Assembly (NCBI RefSeq): GCF_041146345.1
Contig: NW_027191411.1
Span: 620,001-684,000, forward strand
Direction: 5' to 3'
From: Neodothiora populina
Taxonomy: Eukaryota
Length of the DNA stretch: 64,000 bases
Position numbers and translations under genes: made by a program. Below, piece after piece: positions 1-11,974 of the stretch. Every line of letters starts with the position of its first letter. Position 1 is the first letter of the stretch. The notes under the pieces are model-generated. The model saw only the letters and a list, made by a program, of their open reading frames with translations, did no database searches and was not told where the DNA came from.

Positions 1-1694
1 GGTAGAGCAACGCTTAGGTTCTCGGATTGCACAGCTTCGCTGATACCTGTAACATGTGCTGAGGCCGGTACAGTGTTCGTCTTTGACAATGCATACGTGA
101 GATTTGCAGAAGGCTCAAGGTCAATCGGTGCATCAACAGACGTGCGAAATGCAGGCAACTCGATCGGCTGGAGAGCCTGGTGTTGACGTATCACATTCGG
201 TGATATTGACGTCGCTGGGTTCTCAGACAACTTTGAATTTTCGTCGCCAAGCGCGGCATACATGGGCTTGACGTTTCCAGATGCTTGTCGCGATATCAGA
301 GCTCCTGCACTTGGGGACTTCGGCTGCACCTTGTCTTCCAATATACATTTGATTCGCTGCACTAGACATCCGCGTTCCTGAGCGGCATCTGCTGCATCCA
401 ACTCAAAAATCTGACCAGTCTCTTCGGCATATGTGAGATAGTTGGGGAACCCATGAGGCTCGGTATGCTTATCGGAAGGCACTGCCACTGTTGTGTCGAC
501 AATTATAGGACCTCTAGCCATATGGGAGTATCCAACATCACTTGGAGTCGGAGGGTTTGAGGACGGCGTAGCGGAAGAACCTTTTTCTGACGACGATGGT
601 AACGAGTTAGCTTGAGGAGGAGCATTCCGTGACCGAGAAGAACGTTCTCCGAAGGTTGGCACAGCATTCACTAGATCCTTCCGGGAATCCATGTATCGTG
701 GATCGTGGGAAGGAGGACCTTGGTATCGTGGTTCAAAGTGGGGACTTGTGGCATGATGGCTCTTTTGCGATGGTTTCTGTGTGTAGCAATAGCTCGACCT
801 TTGGTGAACGCCGTATCGCTGGGCAACCGGCCCATCAGTAGCACAGGAAGCATGAGTTTGAAGAGGTCTTTCAGGTCGAGGGTATGCATGACCGTATGGA
901 AGACCTTGACTGCGATTATACCCATCCATCAACAGATAAGATTCATCCCTCGGAGGGGCCTGAGTATATACAGGTGGATATGGTTGCTCCATTGGGTCAC
1001 TCAACGCCGGAGATGGAGCTCGATAACCTGGGCGCCTCAGTCGAGCCGGGTACGCGTAAGCATTCCGCTGAAACGAATGAGGCCCACTACCTTGACTTCT
1101 TAGACTCGCAGCTGATCTGTGTGAAGTAAGTCCAAAGGCTGGCTGTGGCTGAGTCAAGGAATAAGATCGCCCGTCAGGGGAAAACGGGGCGGTCAGGCGA
1201 CTGTCGTAGGACAATATACTCCCGTTACCCTCTTTGTTTGGCGATCTGTTGTCAGGCACGTAGGAAGGTAACGTTTGCAGAGTCTGCAAGCTCGTCAGTG
1301 AGCCATGTCTACCGTGCCTGCTATGGGCGCCATGTGTCCCCTGGGAGATTGCAGAGACAGCATCCCAAGCTAAACTATTCGAGTTCCTCTTGGAAACCTG
1401 AGACGGCGTATAGCTGTTGTTGCTGTGGCGGGACGATGTGGATAATCGCGCGACATTGTTTCTTCGCCGATGCGCCGGGCGGGGCATGACAGGAAGGCGA
1501 CCGGTGTTGAAGGCTAGATCACCGATGTCTCCGGAGTCAGTAGAAGTCTTCAGCATCGAGAGAACGCCAGACGCAGCGGCTGAAAACATATCACCCCCTG
1601 TTGGCACAGGATTTGCAGATGTCGTTCTTGACCGACCGGACGATATACGAGTCTGGCCGCTTGTAGTGGACAATCTGCGGTCGACGGACGCCAT
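1..1694 (-). CDS. Ser/Pro/Arg-rich fungal hypothetical protein, partial (runs off left edge)
   Basis: ATG at 1694 opens MASVDRRLSTTSGQ...GVLSMLKTSTDSGDIG...YAYPARLRRPGYRAPSPALSD. I translated it by hand to about position 990. It is absent from the ORF track, consistent with having no stop inside the window. Confidence 0.7.
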   Translation of the reverse strand, partial: MASVDRRLSTTSGQTRISSGRSRTTSANPVPTGGDMFSAAASGVLSMLKTSTDSGDIGDLAFNTGRLPVMPRPAHRRRNNVARLSTSSRHSNNSYTPSQVSKRNSNSLAWDAVSAISQGTHGAHSRHGRHGSLTSLQTLQTLPSYVPDNRSPNKEGNGSILSYDSRLTAPFSPDGRSYSLTQPQPAFGLTSHRSAASLRSQGSGPHSFQRNAYAYPARLRRPGYRAPSPALSDPMEQPYPPVYTQAPPRDESYLLMDGYNRSQGLPYGHAYPRPERPLQTHASCATDGPVAQRYGVHQRSSYCYTQKPSQKSHHATSPHFEPRYQGPPSHDPRYMDSRKDLVNAVPTFGERSSRSRNAPPQANSLPSSSEKGSSATPSSNPPTPSDVGYSHMARGPIIVDTTVAVPSDKHTEPHGFPNYLTYAEETGQIFELDAADAAQERGCLVQRIKCILEDKVQPKSPSAGALISRQASGNVKPMYAALGDENSKLSENPATSISPNVIRQHQALQPIELPAFRTSVDAPIDLEPSANLTYALSKTNTVPASAHVTGISEAVQSENLSVAL

Positions 1695-2209
1695 TATGAG
1701 CTAAAATAGGTGTAGAAGAAATTAATCTTATCCAAATGACTTCCACTTGCGGACCTGAGTGATCGAAGTAGAGAAAGCGAGTGAGAAGATGAAAAGTAGT
1801 GAGACTACATGTGTTCGACCATGATCAACAAACCAAGACAAGGTCATCGGGTGGAATTGGAGGGTTTGAGGTATCGAGTATAAGAATATCCACCACGCCC
1901 GGTTCTGAATATGGAAGTCTCGCAGTTAACATTGAGGCAAGTGCAATAGGCTGGCCCTACCTTACCGTGTGATGAGGGAGGTACGACTCTGTCCCGCGCG
2001 ACTGCAACTTTGCACACGGCGAATTTTTATCTAGTGTCATTGGAAAGGAAGCTGTCCTAAGAGAATTCAAAGTCACGTCCAGAAGGACGAAGGCGTGATG
2101 TAATTGTAGTCAAAATTTGAGCCAAGATGAGACGGCTGTAAGATAGCCAAACCGTCATTGATGGAGACACAGAAGTTAGTCGTAAGTCGTGATCGTTGTT
2201 GGAAGTATA

Positions 2210-3873
2210 TCAAGCAGCTTCTTGTAACCTAGACTTCCTGTGGAACATTCTTCTAAGAGAAAAATGATTAGACTTCCCCAAGGGTGCAGAAGGCCCAGAC
2301 AAGTTTGGTGTCGATGTGGGGGCGATGCTCAAAGTCATTTTGTTAGTTGCAGCGCTCGTAGGTCGTGAGGACACAGGAGTCGCGGGTTTGCTATCGGGGA
2401 ATAGACCAAAACGTGCTGGTGATCTCGACTGCTTGCGCAAATATTTGTTGTGCGCGGGCTCGGTGCCAGAAGAGTAAGCTGAATCGTTGACTTGCAGTTG
2501 TGGAAGTGGACGGCGGTCCGTTGCATCATATGTTTCTCGCTGATCAATATCTGGCGATGCATTTGGGGGTTTAGAATGCCTCAAGAAGGTCGCCAAAGTA
2601 GTAGTTCCTGCAGATTGGGAATTCTGTGGCTCGTGAGGCTCCTGTCTGACGGAGTTGTGCTTAGTGGGGAAATGACCTATAGATGTACGTGGTCTCCTGC
2701 TTGTCTCCTCCGCGCGCTGAAGGACCGAAGACTGGGAGCGACGATGTGTTGCGGGCAGAGTAGCATCGACGGCCGGCTGAAGAGTGTCCGGCTCTTGTGG
2801 AAGTGGCTTGTCCAAAGAGTGTTTGGATATATGTCTCAAATGCCGTGGCTGTCTTGCATTGGGTCCACCGCTCGCGTATTTCGACCGTGGTGTGAGAGTA
2901 CTTGCTTCGTGGATCTAGGTCGGTTGAGTGGAAGTTTATCATGGCAAGGGGTTGTACATCTTACCATGCTACGTCTGCTCGCGGCAGCAGCAAGTCTGTT
3001 CATCTGTCCGATCGTCGCGCCTAATTGAACCAGAGTGACACCTAATTTGTTCCCTTTCAATTGCAAACTCTGGAGGCAGTCCAACCAACCCTCCTCATTA
3101 CCGCGCATAGCAGCGTATATGGCAGGAAGCTCAGTATAGTCTTCTGGCCAATCATCCTTGACTTTGTCCAAGTATCTAGTCAACTCTTTCATAGCACGAA
3201 TACCTCTCTCCACATCGAAGAGGGAAGCATTCATTGCCTGTGCAGTACGTTTAATTATTTGCTCGATCTTGTCGTTCCCATCTACAAGCTGAACACGGAA
3301 GGTTTTGTCGTCAAGCATAACATCGAAAACATCAAGATGGGTCATGGGCAGACGAAGGAAATCCAAACGCTCCTCTATATCCTGTATCGCCAAGTCGAAG
3401 TCGTCAGTGGTCTTTTCTAGGAAGCCGTCGATATCATCTACATGAGCCTGAAGGATTTTGACCACTTCTGCATCAGACTTGGCTTGGTAATTATAAAGAA
3501 GATGCATGCCAAAGATAATTTGCGCGACAAGCTTGGGAAGCGGATGGCATTTCGCTGAAGTCTTCTGTCTCCAACGTGCAATCCACGATTCATCGAAGGA
3601 ACTTTTTTCCAGAAGGTATTGCCGTCGGAGTTCTGCAGTCGGATAATTCGCCGATAGAGGTATTGTGTCATATTTGACATCTTCAGTTGCTTCAATAATA
3701 GACTCCTCGAATGCTTCTTGTAGTTCAGTTATCGGATGGGTAGGGGCCAGATCCTCTTCGTTACTTGACACTGAGGTTGAATCAAATCCATCGTCCGAAT
3801 TGCTGACTTCACGACTCGAAGAGTGATCCTGTCGCCTGTGGTCTCCAGACTCGCTGCTTCGCGGGCGCTCCAT
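2210..3873 (-). CDS. conserved fungal hypothetical protein (helical/coiled-coil core, disordered C-terminus)
   Basis: ATG 3873 (MERPRSSES). Intron 2915-2964 (GTAAGA...CCTAG) joins ORF 2836-3936 in frame to ORF 2210-2839. Confidence 0.75.
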
Positions 3874-4578
3874 CACCCAAGCTGAACTTCTGCCAGCAGC
3901 GACTAAGCGTTGTGTAAACGGATGAGGCTGACACAATAATTACGGCGCACGTTCATGTGTCGCCGGCCAGTATCGATCGTAGTCAAAACATAGCGAAAAG
4001 CGCGCAATGAAAGTTGCGCGGATGATTCAGGCGTGACATTGAATATCGAAGTGGAGTGAGAGGATACAAGCTGCACACAGGCCTTGTTTCGAGGATTTGA
4101 GACGAATGGTCCCCTCCCGTGCATTGTGGCTCATCAGGCCCCATCAATTAGTGCTGTACTTGTGCTGTACCTCAGGCAAAGAGGCTCAAAATATTATTAG
4201 GTACTCTACCTACCTTACCTTAATCGACCTACTGACTGAGAGTGCACCTGCATTAGCGACGAAGCCACCGGGCCCGGCCCCGCAATCAAACGCCCGAACA
4301 GGTACCGCAAAGTAGTACCTCTTCCACTTCCACATCTTGGTTCAATGCAGATTGTGACAAAAACAGTGACGGATGGCTGCAATGTCCTCCTACATGTGTG
4401 TCATCGAGATGAGTGAGAGATCAATCGGGCGTACTGGAACCCTTTGAGTATGGAAAGGGCATGCCACCACGAGAGTAAGGTCTCGTCCACTTTGCACGTG
4501 CACCGGTACAGCGAGGCGCATCACAGACGCTAACATAAGGTACGCGTTGGACGCGCTAGAAGAAAACTACCTAGCTAT

Positions 4579-5859
4579 ATGCATTCCACCAGGATTCCGC
4601 GATGATAGGCCTCTGTCCCTACCATCCACATTGGTTGTCTTCTCGAGTAGATCATCAGACAACCCGAATAGCAGTCGTACCCTCTATCAAGACTTCTGAT
4701 CTCCCCACATTTTGCAATTTGCATCTTGAAACTTGAATATACCACGTGTAATGTCTGGGTGTACTACAGCTTCGGAACTTCTGATGTGCGAGACTGTTTT
4801 GAGGGCGGGCAGGCTTTCCACAACTTCACTGCCAATCGTTGTCTTGAGTTACGGAAGCTTGTGATAGCTTTGCAAAGCGATCTCCAAGAGCTCCTCGGTA
4901 ATAGGAATCAGGTCGAAGTGAACGCCGATATCAATATGATCCTTGTTCGACCTCAATCCAATGAGAGCGCTATCAAATATCATGTACGCGCGACGACGGT
5001 GCCAACTTTGGTCACGTCTCTTGTTATAAAGCTAGGCGACAGTGAAAACACGGATACGAAAATCCGAACCGAAATTGACAAATCTGCTTAAGTACTACCT
5101 CCTCATACCAGTAGCGAGACCTCAGTGAAGCGAGCTCTGGGTGGAGCAGACTCAGTATCAGGACAGCAACATGCAGATCAGTAATGGTGCCCGAAAAAAA
5201 GAAGTTGCCATCGTGGAGAAATCATAGACCTGACTACAACGAACGACCCGACGACGGAGCACAGGCAGCCAGAGCGCAGTGTGACTAATCCAGGGCTTTC
5301 CACGCCACTCGTAGCTCAAAGTGAAGGTCAAGCAGTAAGATCTAACGCCACTTACGATGCGGCATCTGCAACAGAGACGATGTGTCAAGATACTTTGACG
5401 CTTCTCAAGGAATGGCAGCAGCAATGGCACGATCAGGGTGGCTGGATGTATGATCACTTGAACAAAATTATAACGGAAGATCAGCGCCAATTTCTGTTGC
5501 TGTGCACCAGAATTGACTCATTTCAAAATATCGTGCCAGAACCAAATGGCCAAATCTCCGCCGGTCTGAAAGATATCAGTCTGAATGGGATACCATGGCT
5601 TGAGCGGTGTCGCAAGGTGGCCGAGGACAACATACAAGCAAGAGAAGAAAAATGGCGAGCATCGTTATCAAATGCCCAGGATCGAGCAAAAATTGAGCGG
5701 CGAATTGCGGAGACTCGCTTGCTCGATGCAGTGCAGGTGCAAAACGCTGCACTTACTGAGCAGATGAAACTGTTGAAAACACTCGTCAAAGCACAAGCTC
5801 ACACAGAAATAAAAGTGGACGACGATGATAGCGAAGACGGATTTCTAAAGGCACACTAG
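4579..5859 (+). pseudogene. probable pseudogene (or short 3' gene) of a coiled-coil hypothetical protein
   Basis: ORFs 4726-5091 and 5281-5859 share one frame with ATG 4579. In-frame stops occur at 4603, 4606, 4648, 4669, 5089 and 5182. The 3' part looks strongly coding (WQQQWHDQGGWMYD...PWLERCRK...QAREEKWR). Confidence 0.5.
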
Positions 5860-5886
5860 ATTCTACCATGACGCTTGGTCCTTCCA

Positions 5887-7374
5887 TTACCAACCGCGCC
5901 ATCTGATCCAGACATCTCTGACAATATCCTTGTCTGACGAGTCCGAATCTACCACCAGATAGTAGCCAAAGTTTGGCCCTGCCATACACGCATGGTTCGG
6001 CCAGACCATCAGCTTCTCGCCAATCTTGAGCTCCCGCATGGCTTCTTGCGAACCTTGCCACAACAGCGTGCCGTGCTCTTGGCTGATACGTCCAACTATC
6101 CATCCGGTTTTTGACCCCTCAGGATCATAGAACTGTGCATCACCGCTTGGCTTGTCTTCGAGCCAAGGTGTCACCACGCCCCAGCCCGGGTAGCTCTTAC
6201 ATGGCTCCCTACCAAGGACAATAGATCCGGCTCCTACAAGAGCTTCGGGCTGACCACGTTCTGTATAGACGCTTGCCACCTCTACCATGATACGAAGTCC
6301 GAGGTTTTCATAAGCAAGAAGTGGCCGATTCATGGACTCTGCTGGTCGAGCACGTGCGGCCATCTGTTGCATGTCTAGGACCGGATATACCCCGGCGTGA
6401 AACTCGACATCAAAATTTTGTTTTACCTCATCCAAGTAGGCTCTGAATTTGCGGTTCCACTCGTTATCTTCCAATATGTTCTGCGCGGAAGTGATGGTTG
6501 GAGTTGCGCCCAGAGACACAAGTAGTTTCTCTGTACTGGGCTGCATTGATCTTGTGAGCATCTCTGCACCAGCCTGGACCGCTTTCACTTCCTGCATGAG
6601 ATAGTCCAAGGCTTCAGCTGGACTACCGGAGCCGTAACTACTGCCCATATGGGCGTACGCTCCTTTCAGCTCAACCTTTGGGCTTGCCGATATAATCTCC
6701 GACAACTGACTCAAAGTCTTCGAGTCGTGGCTCAGGCCTGCTCGGAATGGTACTTCAGCAGCAATCTTGGCCATGACAGGAACTTTTCCAGGCCATACAA
6801 CGTCATCTAATTGCGACAGAATTCTCAGATGCTCTGGATTGTCAACAAAAAGTGCGACAGTCCCTTGACCGAGTATGCGAGTGACCGCTCCTAGGCGCGG
6901 GATGTGAGACGGAGCAATAGGCAAACCGTAAAGGATCTTTCACTATCAGCATATAAGAGCTCCCAGTCGTTGATCAAACCTACGTTCACATTCTTGCCCT
7001 TAGCCTTGCACTCTAGCAAGAAAGGCACCAGTTGCTCAATCTCGGCCACAGTAGATGCAATAAGTCTTACGTCCTTGGAGTCTTCTCCTACTTGATATCG
7101 TGTGAGTTGAGTTGTCTAGGGGCGAAGATTAGCATAAGTATGTCAGAAATGATCGAATCGCACTCGCCTTATGTGTTTTAACATGCGCACGGAAAAAGAC
7201 TCCAAGAGCATTGACACAATCCAGCATGGCCTTGCAATTCCGGCGGATAGCAGCCACATCCAAGACAGCAGCTGGCACCTGGCAGTCCTTGAGTTTTTGA
7301 CCAACATAGTGCAGCTTTAGAGCCGACTCAGAAGGACTGGGGATCAGCCACGGTGCAGGCATTGGGGGAGCCAT
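5887..7374 (-). CDS. DSD1: D-serine dehydratase (fold-type III PLP enzyme)
   Basis: RAHVKTHK PLP-lysine motif, YAHMGSSY, HAGVY, SQEHG and PNHAC motifs. Exons 7374-7168, 7115-6984, 6936-5887. Intron 1 is GC-AG. Confidence 0.88.
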
Positions 7375-7744
7375 GTTTGCACCACAATCAATCGTATCTG
7401 TAATTTCCTGCCCATCAGCAAAATCCATACAGAGATCAGAATCACGGAGACTTCAGCTCCTCGTTTTCATACATAATCCGTATGAGAAGGGACCCTCGCA
7501 CACTGCGCTTACCTATCACCAATTTACAGTACTTCGAGGCTGAAGATTTATATATCTTGCATATAAAATCGTCTGAGTATGGTTTGTATGAGTCACGCGA
7601 AGACACCACGTTACAACAACTACTGGTCTATCAGAACTTCTCTAACTGATCGTAACTGTCTTGTGTGACAATTGTACTTCAGCCGATTTTATGTGTTAGT
7701 CATAACATGGCGGGAGGCAGCTGGCCGTCTCGGCCGATCTGGCA

Positions 7745-8120
7745 ATTATCGCCTAGATCTACCGTAGCTGATAAGAACCTCGTAAGGCTTGGCGTTAATT
7801 GCTTCCATGATGTGTGATGTCAAATGACGATAAGATCTCATGTCTTATCGCGCGTACACTGCCGAAGTAAGGTAATTAGGTACCTAGTTCCAACACGGAG
7901 TGGGCTTGGTAGAGTCGTTGCACCAGGGGCGATCGTGTCACCGAGTAATTCCTGATAGCCCTACAATAATACCTGTACAGGTATAAGCGGTAAGTCAAGC
8001 TAATGCAGTCCGTCGTTACAGACACCCTGCACTGCACAGCAACGAGGTGGGGCAGTTGTCCATTTCTCTCGAGAAGTTCCCTGCAGCTTTACTTTCTCAT
8101 CCAGCAAGCCGATAAGAGAG
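7745..8120. promoter_or_regulatory. cluster of GATA sites incl. inverted pair, in DSD1/channel divergent promoter
   Basis: CGATAAGA(7828-7835)-N7-TCTTATCG(7843-7850), plus TTATCG ~7746, TGATAAG ~7769, TGATAG ~7953 and CGATAAG ~8110. Confidence 0.45.
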
Positions 8121-8178
8121 GATTGTAGCCTAGACTCTATTGATTGCAACTACAAACGATCAATGAAAGTAGATCAAG

Positions 8179-10714
8179 ATGTCGGACGAGTTGCCTAGTC
8201 CAAGCCATAGTGCTGAGCAGTTCAACATGGCAAATGAGAATGAAAGTCCTCTGGGCTTCACCAACACGCCTCCCAGGCATTCAAGCGAGGACGAGGACAA
8301 CGAGGGAGCCAGCCCTCGCCACCGTGGAATGCCAAGAAGCAGTACTGTACCATCAGTCGCAACCTCCCCTGACCGGCGGAACGGTGGACATATAACAATG
8401 CATTCACCTTCGCCTGACCGACTGCGACCGCGATTGCCCGATCGCAATTCCAGGAAGGAGCAATCTAGCCGTAGTATTACTGAGGCCTTGCGGATGGCGA
8501 GGCGACGTGAAGAGCAAGAAGCATTGCTCGAAAGTGGCGAAGACGCCGACGACGATGGCTGCTATCCTCCTCGAAAAGACAGCATACCCTGGCAGCCTAA
8601 TCCTCATGCCAAATTACCTGTTTACACAACAGTACATCGGATCAGAAGGTTGGTCATTGCAAGTATTGGTAAGCACAGTGCATATGCTATCTTAACAATG
8701 GCAAAGCTAAGACTGTGCAGATGATCCCTACAGTTTGGAGCAATTGAAAGGTCCGAGAATGAATGTTGCAGTTGTAAGACCGCTGCTCGATCATCTCTAC
8801 GACCCCGAGGATGTATCAGTCGGTAAGCAATGTCTAGCCGCTGTTTGAAATGCTCACAATAAGGGACACTGGCTCACACTCAAATCAGTCTATTGCTTAC
8901 TCGTTAATCGAGTGCAATTCATGCGCGAGCAAGCATTCCAGGCCCATCATCAGACGGTCAATGTTACCCGGGCAAACCTTTGCGAGATCATCGCAAGTCG
9001 TATCTTGCGGCGCTTCGATGAGGATCACGAAGGAAGGGACGGATTGCTATTGTTAGCAAACATCCTGGTAGCGGGCTTCGAGCCTTTCCAAGGTGCCCCT
9101 GCCGAAGTGATCGAGGAAGTGAGACCTTCGTTTCACTGGACACTTGCTGACCACTTCTCGAGAAGGCGGAGTGGCAAGGAACGACTTCTGACAGCATTGG
9201 AGGTTGCCATCATCTCCGAGTCCAAGAGCTTTCTCGCCGCGTCTGCATGTCAAAAGATTGTTGATGCGGTTTACAAAGGTCGGATCATTTACACTCCTAC
9301 CACCTTCATCGACATTTTGCCGGACCGGTACAAGAATCGTGGAATCTCGTTATACGACCCTAGAAGAGCGCCAATACTCAATCAATACCGCCTTATTGTC
9401 CCCCGCAATCGAAATGTACTCGAGATATGCCAATTCTTGGTGCTGTTTCTATTATATATCCTGACTATGACCAACAAAGCTCATGATGTTGGTCCGGAGC
9501 ACTTGACGTTCACCACGCCGGAATTAATCTTCTGTGTGTATTCAGCCGGATGGGTATTGGATGAACTTGCCTCTATCCTCGAGCACGGCTGGTCGGTGCA
9601 TACAGAGAATTTGTGGGCCTTCCTTGATGTATCTTTTGCAGCCATATTTCTGGCGTATTTCGGTGTGCGCATGCATGGTCTCTCCCAGAACTCTGGTGTA
9701 AGTGTTACGGATGATCTCTACAATAGTATCGAGCCTAACATTTGTCTACAGCATCTAGGAAAACAAGCCCTCGATATTCTGGCACTTGGCGCACCAGTCT
9801 TGCTACCACGTTTAGCATTCTGCATCATGCCAGAAAACATGCTGTTCATCTCGCTGAGAGCGATGATGGGCGACTTCACGTTTCTGACTTGCGTCACAGT
9901 ATGGTGCTTTGGCGGGTTCCTTCTAGCTATGCACTGGCTGAGCGAGAGTCAAGACGGTTACGTCTCGCATCCTATGCTTCTTATCTCGAAATGGATGTTG
10001 TGGATCTGGTTCGGACTTGATGGAACGGGCATCACTAAGAGTGTCGAGTTTCATTCTTTCCTTGGGCCGATGCTCATGATACTGTTCGCCTTCATAGGCA
10101 ACACGCTTTTCCTGACGATCCTCGTGTCGATGCTCAGCAACACCTACTCTAACCTGGCCAAAAACTCGACAGCGGAGATACAATTTCGCCGTGCCGTCCT
10201 TACCTTCGAGGGTGTGAAGTCCGATACTCTGTTCGCTTATCGGCCACCCTTCAACGTGTTGGCTCTGGTGATCCTGCTACCAATGAAGTTTTTGACCAGT
10301 CCCCGCTGGTTCCACAAGATCAATGTCACGGCAATTAGGGTACTCAATGCACCAATTCTGCTGCTCATCTCTATGTTCGAGCGACGGTACTTATGGCAGC
10401 GGAAGAGTGCTCTTTCGTCAGCGCGCAAGGGTAAATGGTTAGACTTTTGGGAGTCGTTCGGCGCACACGTGGATTTGCAGACAGTCTTCGAGCACGAACC
10501 GCCTCAGAGTGTGCTGAGCGAGATGGATGACATTGACAATGTGTTTGGCAACGATGTATGGGGTAACGGATACATGGACGCAATGCGAGCCCGCAGAGGG
10601 TCGAGAGGCGCCATGAGCGATGGAGGAAGCGTGTACCCAGCTCCTGCTCTCCTTCGCAGAAGGCCAGACAGCATGATAGCAAGCATGATGCCGGCGCACA
10701 GGGACTCGTGGTGA
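8179..10714 (+). CDS. fungal TRP-family (YVC1-like) non-selective cation channel
   Basis: Multiple TM segments, pore region WIWFGLDGTG, S6 GNTLFLTILVSMLSNTYS, TRP-like FAYRPPFN. Introns 8669-8720, 8823-8888, 9698-9751. Confidence 0.85.
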
Positions 10715-11808
10715 TGTAAAATATGGCAGCTGGAAGTCGACGACATGTATTTCAACGATTTGTCAATGTGTTGGGATAGTGCAATGCATATTGCTCTAGT
10801 ATTGTACAGTAGGTAGTGTGTCGGAGTCTGCGGTTATCCAATGCCGTTCGCGAATGGTCTTGGAGAACTTGTAGTCCTAGCGCGGAGGCAAGGATCTGGC
10901 AGTATGAAATTACTTGCTCTGTACAGTGTCACACGTGTAGAGTCATCCGCAATCACAGCACTACCTTACCTAATCTACCTTACCTTGTTGAATCGAGAGT
11001 ACCTTCTACCTTGGCACGAGTGGTTGACCGATTCAATAATCACTATTGCTGAAACGACTACTGGCGAAAGCACTTTGGGTGTCTGACTTGAGGTGGATCA
11101 ATAAATTGTTGCTAGATTCAAAGTACTCTTGAGGTACACCAAGATGGTACACCTTTATTTACAGAATCAGTCAGTGCCTGCACGTCCCAGAGCATGTGAA
11201 GAACAATCACATGCAAATGGAATGACCTTTTCGGCCAAGAAGTGAGTTAGCGCGGAAAAAGTCGATAGAGCGGTGAAACGTCATCGGGCCTGCCGCGGAG
11301 AGAGAGAAAAGAGTGAGAAAGAGAGAGAAAGGCAGAACGTCGGCTATGTGGGTGGGTACCTTCCTCGCGCAATCCTTGAGGGAGGGGGCGCCCGGCTTTG
11401 CTTTGGGCTGATCACGACTGCCCGACCTCTCACGACCTCCAATCTCACTTCACAAGCCCCGCCACGCCCCTCGATAGATGCTTCCATTGCACATATATCA
11501 TCTGGAGCTTCAGCGAGTGCTGAAAAGGCTTAAGCGAGCTCAATTAGAGCTTCGCGTCACTCCAGCCCCTTGAAGTCCATCCGAACTAGTTGCCGATCCA
11601 AAAGCTCTGCCTTCCTTGCGTGGCTTAGCATCATTCTTTTTGCCATCCAGCTTCGTAGAGCTACGGTACTTGAGCTACCTGAGAGCTATCTGAGAGCTAC
11701 AGCTACAGCTACCAGCAGCTTTGCGAGGAGCTCAGTTCAGCAGCTCCCGTGTCCTTGTGCCACTCCGTCCAAATACAACCCCAGGGTGTTGACACGACCA
11801 CAAAGGTC

Positions 11809-11940
11809 ATGCCTCCCAAAGCGAGTGTCGTTTCTGCTCCTTTGGACCCGGACAATGAGGTTGTGTGTCCTATCAAGAGCGCCGATGGCTCAAATTGTCG
11901 TAAGAAATGTTTAGGGGTATCGTCTGCTCTATATCCGTCG

Positions 11941-11974
<34 letters not shown>

